In this document: in pieces, positions 27,020 through 35,049 of the stretch | Layout of the letters: each line of letters starts with the position of its first letter | Position numbering within the stretch: position 1 is the first letter of the stretch | Sequence record: PZ465523.1 | DNA length: 49,119 nt | Direction: 5' to 3' (one strand) | Source of the DNA: a phage | The notes under the pieces: generated by a model | What the model was told of the DNA's origin: nothing | Databases searched by the model: none | The model's input: only the letters and a program-made list of their open reading frames with translations | Program-made: the position numbers and the translations under genes

Positions 27020-27058
27020 GCCCTTCGTTGAGTTAAGCAACCAATCAGAGGAATCAAT

Positions 27059-27262
27059 ATGAAAACTATTACCGGAATGAGCAACGAAACGAGAACGCAG
27101 AACGTTAACATGCTAATCGGGATGGCTGACGATATTCAGAATAGCCATGTCGTTATTGATTCATGCAATCAGACTCGTGAGAGTAAATTTGAATCATCCG
27201 GCTACAAAATTGTTGAAGAAGAATTAACCATCAAAATCATTCGCGTACAGGAGAAAGCATAA
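27059..27262 (+). CDS. Hypothetical protein (67 aa)
   Basis: ATG after leader CAACCAATCAGAGGAATCA. Confidence 0.5.
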   Translation: MKTITGMSNETRTQNVNMLIGMADDIQNSHVVIDSCNQTRESKFESSGYKIVEEELTIKIIRVQEKA

Positions 27263-27795
27263 TGGATAAAATCACAATTTGGGGTCAGACAATCAACCTG
27301 TTTCTCGGCACTCGCCGCGTGGCAATCTTTGACTTCGACGGAACACTGAGTGACGGCTCAAAACGTCTTCACCTGCTACCGACGAAAGATTTGCACTTAA
27401 CGGAAAGCTGGTCTGAGTTCAACCGCGCGGCAATATTTGACAATCCTATCCGTAGTACGATTGATGTGATGAACTCTATGTTTGCCGCTGGGTATCATGT
27501 GATTATTTTAACCGGGCGAAGCGATGAGGTGCGTTACGCATCTGAGTTATGGCTTAAGCATCACGGCGCTCGATATGATTACTTAGTCATGAGGCCGCAT
27601 ACCGACAACCGCAAAGACACGGTAATGAAAGAAGAGGCTGTGCGCGCGATCGGCATTGATAACATTCTGGCGGCCTGGGATGACTCACCGCAAATTATTC
27701 CATTATTCCGATCGCTTGGAATAACCACGTATGCCGTAGTTGACTATGGCGATAACGTTCACGACCATTTAAAATCTCACGGGGTGGATGAGTGA
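27262..27795 (+). CDS. HAD-superfamily phosphatase (polynucleotide 3'-phosphatase-like)
   Basis: DxDGT motif FDFDGTL near N-terminus; later TGR and DD motifs; start overlaps upstream stop. Confidence 0.65.
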   Translation: MDKITIWGQTINLFLGTRRVAIFDFDGTLSDGSKRLHLLPTKDLHLTESWSEFNRAAIFDNPIRSTIDVMNSMFAAGYHVIILTGRSDEVRYASELWLKHHGARYDYLVMRPHTDNRKDTVMKEEAVRAIGIDNILAAWDDSPQIIPLFRSLGITTYAVVDYGDNVHDHLKSHGVDE

Positions 27796-27907
27796 ACCTA
27801 TACGAATTTATTGCAGCACATCCTGTATTGACGGTTATCATCCTGTTAATCATCAATCACACTATCATCAATGTGGCAAAATTATTTTTAGGGAGATACT
27901 AACATGA
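27788..27907 (+). CDS. Cys/His-rich 39-aa peptide between phosphatase and kinase
   Basis: ATG overlaps phosphatase 3' end; stop TGA overlaps kinase ATG (ATGA); sequence MSEPIRIYCSTSCIDGYHPVNHQSHYHQCGKIIFREILT. Confidence 0.4.
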   Translation: MSEPIRIYCSTSCIDGYHPVNHQSHYHQCGKIIFREILT

Positions 27908-28476
27908 AAACAGCTATCATTTTAAACGGCGCACCTAGAGCGGGAAAAGACACTATCGGATGCATCCTGGCTGACACTTACGATCACGTAGCGCTCCGCA
28001 GCTTCAAGGCTCCAATGTTTGAGATTGCCCGGGCAATCCTGGGTGAAGCTAACTACGAGTATTTCATGTTCTTGTATGATGACCGTCGATATAAAGAAGA
28101 GCCAGCATCAATCCTGAACGGTAAAAGCCCGCGCCAGTTTATGATCTGGATTAGCGAGGAAGTCATCAAGCCGCAGTTCGGAAATCGCTTCTTCGGTATG
28201 CGAGCGGAAAGCGAGGTGAAAGAGTCGAACTCCCTTTCGGTATTTACTGATGGTGGATTCAAAGACGAAATCTTGCAGATGATTGAAGGTGATATCCAAG
28301 TCAAGCTATGCCGCATACATCGCAACGGCTGCAACTTCGATAACGACAGTCGAGATTATATCTACTTGGATGATATGATCGGTGTCAACGGTTATCAGGA
28401 ATGTGATTTCTTCTCTGTCGAAGGTCATCCAGAAATTACCGCTCAGCACATAGCCGCCACGTTCATCAATAAATAG
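27904..28476 (+). CDS. P-loop nucleotide or polynucleotide kinase
   Basis: Walker A NGAPRAGKDT near N-terminus; stop TAG inside box. Confidence 0.6.
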   Translation: MKTAIILNGAPRAGKDTIGCILADTYDHVALRSFKAPMFEIARAILGEANYEYFMFLYDDRRYKEEPASILNGKSPRQFMIWISEEVIKPQFGNRFFGMRAESEVKESNSLSVFTDGGFKDEILQMIEGDIQVKLCRIHRNGCNFDNDSRDYIYLDDMIGVNGYQECDFFSVEGHPEITAQHIAATFINK

Positions 28477-28516
28477 CACGAATTGCTAAAACGTCGATGG
28501 GGTGATTTGATATAGT
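28472..28516 (+). promoter_or_regulatory. Box-type promoter: AATAGCACGAATTGCTAAAA, 22 nt, TATAGT
   Basis: Read directly; kinase stop embedded. Confidence 0.55.
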
Positions 28517-28549
28517 TACCTCATCGACAACCAAGAGAGACAAATCGAA

Positions 28550-28759
28550 ATGATGGTATCAACTGATAAGTTTTTCACTTGCACTAAAACTTCTGAAGTA
28601 TTCGAACTGGTTCATACTGATAATGGTGATTTCATGCATGACGGTTGCGACGTTTTTATCGAAGTGAAAGAAAGCGACTATGACGACGGAGTTTATTATA
28701 ACCCGGCAGTGAACACTCAGTTTTTTACCCCGATCGAAGAGGAAGGAGAAGAGGCATGA
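28550..28759 (+). CDS. Small acidic protein (69 aa)
   Basis: C-terminus PIEEEGEEA; ATG after RBS AGAGAGA. Confidence 0.5.
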   Translation: MMVSTDKFFTCTKTSEVFELVHTDNGDFMHDGCDVFIEVKESDYDDGVYYNPAVNTQFFTPIEEEGEEA

Positions 28760-29100
28760 TCACGATTAACCTGTCAGAGAAGCAAGCTCGTGAAATCCTG
28801 GACACGATCGGCAACCAGTTACACATCAAAGGCGCTACCGCCGAACTTCTTAATCAGATCGAAAGGCAGCTCACTCCGGTGTCAACGAATCAATCTGAGT
28901 TCGCAGCATGGAAGAGTGAGCGCATCTTGCCAAATATCATCAAGACATGGAAGCGCAAGCATAAAAAAGAAATCAACGTTGAGGATTTATTTACCGATGA
29001 ATTAAGTCCTTCAAAGGTTGCTCAATATCAGTTGCGATACATGGAATCAGTTTGCAATCAGGTTTTAGGTGTTAATTTTTCATTCGGGAGAGGCAAATAA
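28756..29100 (+). CDS. Hypothetical protein (114 aa)
   Basis: Overlapping start/stop with neighbours. Confidence 0.5.
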   Translation: MITINLSEKQAREILDTIGNQLHIKGATAELLNQIERQLTPVSTNQSEFAAWKSERILPNIIKTWKRKHKKEINVEDLFTDELSPSKVAQYQLRYMESVCNQVLGVNFSFGRGK

Positions 29101-29330
29101 TGTTCGGTTTAAGTGAAGCGGAATGGAATGTTGTAAAGCGAGCAGCAAAGGAATTAAATAAATTCGTCAGTGGCATGAAGAAAGAAGATCGGAAAAACGA
29201 CAAGATCATGATTGACGTTATTTCTACTCACCACAAAAAGGTCGAATTACTCATAGATCGCTACAAATTTGTCTGGACTGCCGGGTATATTGCCGGGCGC
29301 GTAGGTAACAAAGAAGGGGATTACGAATAA
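29100..29330 (+). CDS. Hypothetical protein (76 aa)
   Basis: ATG overlaps upstream stop. Confidence 0.5.
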   Translation: MFGLSEAEWNVVKRAAKELNKFVSGMKKEDRKNDKIMIDVISTHHKKVELLIDRYKFVWTAGYIAGRVGNKEGDYE

Positions 29331-29533
29331 TGGCTAATTTACCAAAGAGAGGAGAGCAGGTTCGATGTGTCACTTCACGCAATAGCGACGCTTTCTCAGC
29401 CGGGTGCGCGTACGACGTAGAAAAGGTTAGTAAATCAAAGAGGCTTGTATTCGTGTACGGCGACGATGGAAACTTGCATGAGATTGATTACCCGCAGGAT
29501 ATGACTAAGGGACAATTCGAAATTAATGATTGA
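29330..29533 (+). CDS. Small protein of the Cys beta-hairpin family
   Basis: VRCVTSRNSDAFSAGCAYDV motif. Confidence 0.5.
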   Translation: MANLPKRGEQVRCVTSRNSDAFSAGCAYDVEKVSKSKRLVFVYGDDGNLHEIDYPQDMTKGQFEIND

Positions 29534-29697
29534 CCTACGTCACTGAGCGGTGATAGTATTAATCCCGTAGACAGACGAGGCGCAATTAGGCGCAACGCGT
29601 GAGACGATTCTCACTCTTCCAGCTAACAAGCTCGGTTGCATAGTGGTTAAGCAACGCCGCAGACCCGTAAGCGGCAAAAATTCAAGAGGATTGCATA
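29530..29697 (+). promoter_or_regulatory. Sigma70-like promoter (TTGACC ... TAGTAT) plus a highly structured ~130-nt leader
   Basis: Hairpins GAGA-cgat-TCTC, GTTGC...GCAAC, GCCGC...GCGGC; motif CCCGTAGACAGACGAGG shared with 22832..22847. Confidence 0.45.
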
Positions 29698-29859
29698 ATG
29701 CAAAACACTAAAGATGAATCAGTCAAAATTGAAATTAAAGTAACTCGCAACGGTGAAACCACTCGTTATAAAAAACGATTAAATCCTGGCGAGGCTGTTA
29801 TTGGTCGAATTGCTGGCGTTATGATTAAGGCGCAGGAAGATGAAGCGATTCAAAGTTAA
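29698..29859 (+). CDS. Small protein (53 aa) not in ORF track
   Basis: ATG after RBS AAGAGGA. Confidence 0.4.
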   Translation: MQNTKDESVKIEIKVTRNGETTRYKKRLNPGEAVIGRIAGVMIKAQEDEAIQS

Positions 29860-30025
29860 ATTAATCATTCGAAAGATGGGAATGTTTTGCCAGTCGTGCA
29901 AGCAATCTTTCGAAACTGAATTATCAGCAACCAGTCAGGCAGAAGCCATCACGAAAGCAAAAAAACTTTCCGGCGCTAACCTTGACACTCACAAAATAAA
30001 TATTGAATTAATCAAGGAGATTTAA
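29840..30025 (+). CDS. Small CxxC-containing protein; start uncertain
   Basis: ORF-track ORF overlapping the previous one; contains CQSC. Confidence 0.35.
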   Translation: MKRFKVKLIIRKMGMFCQSCKQSFETELSATSQAEAITKAKKLSGANLDTHKINIELIKEI

Positions 30026-30026
30026 C

Positions 30027-30254
30027 ATGACAATTTTTTTATTGATTATCGCTGGTGTTGTTATTTTTGGTGCTGGTTTGTTTGCTGGCTTCGCACTTGT
30101 TGCGGCAGCAATTGCGATGGACGCGAAGGATAAAACTGTTGTATGGCTGACCTACTCACCTAAGAAGGACCAATGGGAAATGACTGGCGACCTTGCTCAC
30201 TGCTATTCCAAAGCTAAGACCCACCCTAAAGGCATTAAACGACTATTGTCGTGA
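30027..30254 (+). CDS. Small membrane protein (75 aa)
   Basis: N-terminal hydrophobic helix IFLLIIAGVVIFGAGLFAGFALVAAAIA. Confidence 0.55.
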   Translation: MTIFLLIIAGVVIFGAGLFAGFALVAAAIAMDAKDKTVVWLTYSPKKDQWEMTGDLAHCYSKAKTHPKGIKRLLS

Positions 30255-30264
30255 TAAACACTAA

Positions 30265-30286
30265 CCCGCTCCGGCGGGTTTTTTTA
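30265..30286 (+). terminator. Rho-independent terminator ending the rightward early operon
   Basis: CCCGC-tcc-GGCGGG stem followed by TTTTTTT. Confidence 0.7.
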
Positions 30287-30303
30287 TGCCTGCAATATGG
30301 TAA

Positions 30304-30322
30304 AATAGCACTAAATGTTAAA
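30304..30322 (+). promoter_or_regulatory. Degenerate box AATAGCACTAAATGTTAAA upstream of terminase small subunit
   Basis: TATGGT hexamer just upstream; RBS AAAGAGG downstream. Confidence 0.4.
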
Positions 30323-30338
30323 CAAAGAGGATGGATTT

Positions 30339-30863
30339 ATGAGTGAACCTAAGAACGCTCCCGTTGTTCAGGGAGGTAATTTCAAAGAGCTATACAAGAA
30401 AAAGTTCGGCACTGTTCTTGCGAAGAACCGGGCAATGACTCCTGAGCAACTATTCGATCTGTCAGTGAAGTATTTTGAGTGGGCCGAGGACAATGCGATC
30501 AAGGCGTCAGAATCAGCCAGCTTTCAGGGTGGCGTTTATGAATCTCTTGTTCATAAGCCGCGCGTCTTCACCTGGACCGGATACCGACTATTTATCGGTG
30601 CAAGCGAGGCCGCAATCATTAAGTGGAAGCGAGAGGAAGAATACAGTGAGGTTATGGAGTTTGTGGAATCGGTAATCAACGAGCAAAAATTCCAGCTTGC
30701 CGCCAACGGTGTTATTAATGCCTCCTTTATCGGCAAGGATCTCGGAATCGATAAGCCAGCCTCAATAAATATCGAAAACTCGTCAGCCTCCGCATCGACA
30801 GTAGTCGCCACTACTGAGGATGCAATGAAAGAGGCAGTAAACAGCATTCTTGATATGCTTTAA
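30339..30863 (+). CDS. Terminase small subunit
   Basis: Position directly before large terminase; ATG 30339 after RBS AAAGAGGA. Confidence 0.6.
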   Translation: MSEPKNAPVVQGGNFKELYKKKFGTVLAKNRAMTPEQLFDLSVKYFEWAEDNAIKASESASFQGGVYESLVHKPRVFTWTGYRLFIGASEAAIIKWKREEEYSEVMEFVESVINEQKFQLAANGVINASFIGKDLGIDKPASINIENSSASASTVVATTEDAMKEAVNSILDML

Positions 30864-30902
30864 CGTTACGGGCGCGCGAGCGCCCACATGGGAGACTTAA
30901 TC

Positions 30903-32471
30903 ATGATTCAATGGGAAGACCTTAACGCAACGCAGAAGTTAGCGATCAAGAAAATGAGCGAGGCCAATTTCGAAAAAATGATTCGGATCTGGTTCCAGCT
31001 TATGCAGGCGCAGCAGTTCCAGCCTAACTGGCATCACCTTTACCTATGTCACGAAGTGGAGGAAATTATTGCAGGGCGGCGAGGGAATACAATCTTTAAC
31101 GTCACGCCAGGTTCCGGTAAAACTGAAGTGTTCTCAATTCACCTTCCGGTGTACGCAATGCTCAAGTGTAAGAAGGTGCGAAACCTTAACGTGTCGTTTG
31201 CCGACAGCTTGGTTAAGCGTAACAGTAAGCGTGTCCGTGAGATTATCAGCAGCAACGAATTTCAAGAGCTATGGCCTTGCAAATTCGGTACATCGAAAGA
31301 TGAGGAGATGCAGGTTCTTAACGAAGATGGAAAGGTTTGGTTTGAGCTAATCTCCGCTGCGGCTGGCGGTCGTATTACTGGTTCGCGTGGTGGGTACATG
31401 ACGCCTGGATTCTCCGGGATGGTAATGCTCGACGATATCGATAAGCCTGATGATATGTTCTCAAAGGTTAAGCGTGAGCGTACGCACATGCTATTGAAAA
31501 ACACCATTCGATCCCGTCGTATGCACAACGAGACGCCGATTATTGCGATTCAGCAGCGACTACATGCCCAGGACTCAACCTGGTTCATGATGAATGGCGG
31601 CATGGGTATTGAGTTTGACCAAATCTCAATTCCGGCGCTGGTGACGGAAGAATACGGGAAGACACTTCCTGATTGGTTGCAGCCTTACTTTGAGCGTGAT
31701 GTTTTATCGTCTGATTATGTAGAATTGGATGGCGTTAAGCATTACTCTTTTTGGCCCAGCAAGGAAAGTGTTCACGACCTGTTAGCCTTGCGAGAAGCTG
31801 ACCAGTACACCTTTGACTCTCAGTATCAGCAGAAGCCGATCGCGCTTGGTGGCTCCGTGTTTAACTCGGAGTGGTGGACTTATTACGGCAGCAGCCTTGA
31901 CGCTGACGAGCCAGATCCTGGCAAATATGATTACCGTTTTATCACAGCCGATACTGCTCAGAAGACAGGCGAGCTAAACGACTACACGGTATTTTGTTTG
32001 TGGGGCAAGAAGAATGATAAGGTTTACTTTATCGACGGCATTCGCGGAAAGTGGGAAGCGCCGGATATGGAGAGGCAATTTACAGCTTTCGTCAATCAGG
32101 CATGGAGGCACAATAAATCAATGGGGGTACTTCGTAAAATCTATGTGGAAGATAAGGCGAGCGGTACGGGCTTAATCCAGAACCTAAGGAAAAAGACTCC
32201 GATCTCTATCACTCCATTGCAGCGTAACAAGGATAAAGTTACCCGAGCGATGGATGCTCAGCCAGTCATTAAGGCTGGTCGCGTGGTTCTGCCAGAAGAG
32301 CACCCCATGCTTGCGGAAATTATCGCGGAACATAGCGCATTCACTTACGATGACACTCACCCGCATGATGATATCGTCGATAACTTCATGGATGCGGCGA
32401 ATATCGAATTACTGACAATTGACGATCCTATCGAGCGAATGAAGCGACTCGCCGGGATGGTTAAGCGGTAA
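30903..32471 (+). CDS. Terminase large subunit
   Basis: Walker A VTPGSGKT; C-terminal nuclease-like acidic residues; start at ATG after GGGAGA. Confidence 0.8.
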   Translation: MIQWEDLNATQKLAIKKMSEANFEKMIRIWFQLMQAQQFQPNWHHLYLCHEVEEIIAGRRGNTIFNVTPGSGKTEVFSIHLPVYAMLKCKKVRNLNVSFADSLVKRNSKRVREIISSNEFQELWPCKFGTSKDEEMQVLNEDGKVWFELISAAAGGRITGSRGGYMTPGFSGMVMLDDIDKPDDMFSKVKRERTHMLLKNTIRSRRMHNETPIIAIQQRLHAQDSTWFMMNGGMGIEFDQISIPALVTEEYGKTLPDWLQPYFERDVLSSDYVELDGVKHYSFWPSKESVHDLLALREADQYTFDSQYQQKPIALGGSVFNSEWWTYYGSSLDADEPDPGKYDYRFITADTAQKTGELNDYTVFCLWGKKNDKVYFIDGIRGKWEAPDMERQFTAFVNQAWRHNKSMGVLRKIYVEDKASGTGLIQNLRKKTPISITPLQRNKDKVTRAMDAQPVIKAGRVVLPEEHPMLAEIIAEHSAFTYDDTHPHDDIVDNFMDAANIELLTIDDPIERMKRLAGMVKR

Positions 32472-32525
32472 TAAATGAGATATAATCAGGGCTGTCAATT
32501 GACGGCCCTTTTTATTGGAGGAAAC

Positions 32526-33809
32526 ATGAAAATTGTTAAACATGATGGATATAACGATATTTTTAACGGCGGTGCAGATGGATCGCCTAAGCCATTCTTT
32601 ATGTCTGATGCATCATATCACGTCGGTTCTTTCTACAACGACAACGCAACCGCGAAGCGAATTGTGGATGTTATCCCGGAAGAGATGGTGACGGCTGGCT
32701 TTAAAATGTCAGGTGTTAAGGATGAAAAAGAGTTCAAGTCTTTATGGGATAGCTACAAACTTGATTCAAGTCTGGTGGATCTTCTTTGTTGGGCGAGACT
32801 TTACGGTGGCGCGGCGATGGTGGCAATCATCAAAGACAACCGGATGTTAACCAGTCAGGCAAAGCCTGGAGCTAAACTTGAAGGCGTCCGAGTTTACGAT
32901 CGATTTGCTATCACTGTTGAAAAGCGAGTCACCAATGCAAGATCCCCTCGCTATGGTGAGCCTGAAATCTACAAGGTATCCCCTGGCGACAATATGCAGC
33001 CGTATCTGATTCATCACTCAAGAGTCTTTATTGCTGATGGTGAGCGAGTAACGCAACAGGCAAGAAAACAGAATCAAGGATGGGGAGCATCGGTATTGAA
33101 CAAGTCACTGATTGATGCAATCTGTGACTATGATTACTGTGAATCTCTGGCTACTCAGATCTTGAGACGTAAGCAACAGGCTGTATGGAAGGTCAAAGGT
33201 CTTGCCGAAATGTGTGATGATGATGATGCTCAGTACGCCGCGCGCCTGCGACTTGCTCAGGTTGATGATAACTCCGGCGTGGGCCGTGCGATCGGTATCG
33301 ATGCTGAGACTGAGGAATATGACGTTCTCAACTCTGATATCAGCGGAGTTCCTGAGTTCTTATCAAGCAAGATGGACCGCATCGTCTCCCTGTCAGGTAT
33401 TCATGAGATTATCATCAAGAATAAGAACGTAGGCGGCGTATCAGCGAGCCAAAACACAGCGCTTGAGACTTTCTATAAGCTAGTCGATCGCAAACGCGAG
33501 GAAGATTACAGGCCGCTTCTTGAGTTCTTGTTGCCGTTCATTGTTGATGAGGAAGAGTGGTCGATCGAGTTTGAGCCTTTGTCTGTTCCGAGTAAGAAAG
33601 AGGAATCAGAGATCACGAAGAATAACGTTGAGTCGGTTACGAAAGCTATCACTGAGCAAATCATCGATCTGGAAGAAGCTCGCGACACGTTGCGATCCAT
33701 TGCCCCTGAGTTCAAACTCAAGGATGGTAATAACATCAACATTCGCGAACCGGAAGAAACAACCGAACCGGAACCGGGATTAGGGGAGAAGTTAGAAGAT
33801 GAAAATTAA
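32526..33809 (+). CDS. Portal protein
   Basis: Size and position after terminase; start after RBS GGAGGAAAC. Confidence 0.7.
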   Translation: MKIVKHDGYNDIFNGGADGSPKPFFMSDASYHVGSFYNDNATAKRIVDVIPEEMVTAGFKMSGVKDEKEFKSLWDSYKLDSSLVDLLCWARLYGGAAMVAIIKDNRMLTSQAKPGAKLEGVRVYDRFAITVEKRVTNARSPRYGEPEIYKVSPGDNMQPYLIHHSRVFIADGERVTQQARKQNQGWGASVLNKSLIDAICDYDYCESLATQILRRKQQAVWKVKGLAEMCDDDDAQYAARLRLAQVDDNSGVGRAIGIDAETEEYDVLNSDISGVPEFLSSKMDRIVSLSGIHEIIIKNKNVGGVSASQNTALETFYKLVDRKREEDYRPLLEFLLPFIVDEEEWSIEFEPLSVPSKKEESEITKNNVESVTKAITEQIIDLEEARDTLRSIAPEFKLKDGNNINIREPEETTEPEPGLGEKLEDEN

Positions 33810-34551
33810 TGGCGTTGCAACACAGTGGCGCTATCCTGAAATGAGCGAGCGCGCAATGTCGCGCTCCCTACAGGATGTTGCAGCCAAACTAACTGAGAAA
33901 ATGCGTGACGAATTAAAACCGATGAAATTTGACGCTACTGACGAAGAGATAGATCAGACAGAAAGGTCATTGCTTGATTACGTCGAATCACTCATCGCTC
34001 CGATTATTGGTTCTCTATCATCCGTTGCGCTCACGATCTATAAATTCAACTCTAAGCAGTGGCTGCGCATCGCTCGAAATTCTGGAGGTAAGAAGAATCA
34101 AGCCGTGATGCTACTTGCCCTGATTGGTCCTACCGCTGCCGAAAGCTGGTACTCAGGACAATATAATCTATGGCGATCGCAGGTGACTACTTCTATCAGG
34201 AAATTTGCTGCCAACATGGTTACTGATTTCACTGATAAACTTCGTGCTGCATCCGGTCAGGGTAAAAGCAAGGATTTTGTTGTTGAACTTGCTAATGAGC
34301 GATTTGGTGTTTACCGGAATTGGGCCAAAAATAGAGCGTCGGGAATTGTTGGAACCTGGAACAGTAGACTAATGCGTCAGCGCATAAAAGACGCTGGAGT
34401 CTCTTACTATTTCTGGCGCGGGGTGATGGATTTACGCGAACGTGAAAAACATGTAAGATGGGAAGGTAAGCGCATAGCGGTAGATTCCGATCACGTATTC
34501 CCAGGTGAGGAATACAATTGCCGCTGTTGGGCTGTTCCATCGTTCACATAA
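33799..34551 (+). CDS. Head morphogenesis / minor capsid protein
   Basis: Position after portal; start overlaps portal stop. Confidence 0.55.
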   Translation: MKINGVATQWRYPEMSERAMSRSLQDVAAKLTEKMRDELKPMKFDATDEEIDQTERSLLDYVESLIAPIIGSLSSVALTIYKFNSKQWLRIARNSGGKKNQAVMLLALIGPTAAESWYSGQYNLWRSQVTTSIRKFAANMVTDFTDKLRAASGQGKSKDFVVELANERFGVYRNWAKNRASGIVGTWNSRLMRQRIKDAGVSYYFWRGVMDLREREKHVRWEGKRIAVDSDHVFPGEEYNCRCWAVPSFT

Positions 34552-34566
34552 AGGAGGTGCTGAATA

Positions 34567-35049
34567 GTGAATTTTAATGATTTGTTTTACCATGAAGGAA
34601 AGGATCTCATATGAAAGGTTAGCACATCAAGAAGGGTAAAGGTTGGTGATGTAGCAGGATGGAAGGATGAGCTAGGGTATGTTTATGTAAGAGTTAACGG
34701 TAAGCTAATTCCTGCTCATAGGATAATATGGGAGATGCACTACGGAAAAATTCCAGAAGGTATGGAGATAGACCACATAAATCATATAACCGACGATAAC
34801 AGGATTGAAAACTTAAGGCTGGTAACGAGGAAAGATAACTGCAAAAACGTATCCATGAGCAAATCTAACAAGAGCGGAGTGGTTGGAGTTAGCTGGTGCA
34901 AAAGGACTTGCAAATGGTTTGCATCAATTAGAGTTGATAGAAAGGAAAAGTTTTTGGGTAGATATGATAAAATTGAGGATGCAGCAGCAGCAAGAAAGGC
35001 GGCTGAGTTAAAATACAATTTTCACAAAAATCACGGGAGTAAAAAATGA
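34567..35049 (+). pseudogene. HNH homing endonuclease with AP2-like domain, interrupted by in-frame TGA at 34612..34614
   Basis: Strong RBS AAGGAGGTG + GTG 34567; TGA at codon 16; downstream EIDHINHITDDNRIENLRL...DNCKN and AP2-like WCKRTCKWFASIRVDRK. Confidence 0.55.

Noticed and set aside
29600-29690. Possible tRNA in the structured region 29600..29690 (TAGTGGTTAAG resembles a D-loop)
   Set aside because: No T-loop GTTCGA-like motif and no acceptor stem pairing; the hairpins are better explained as a structured mRNA leader.
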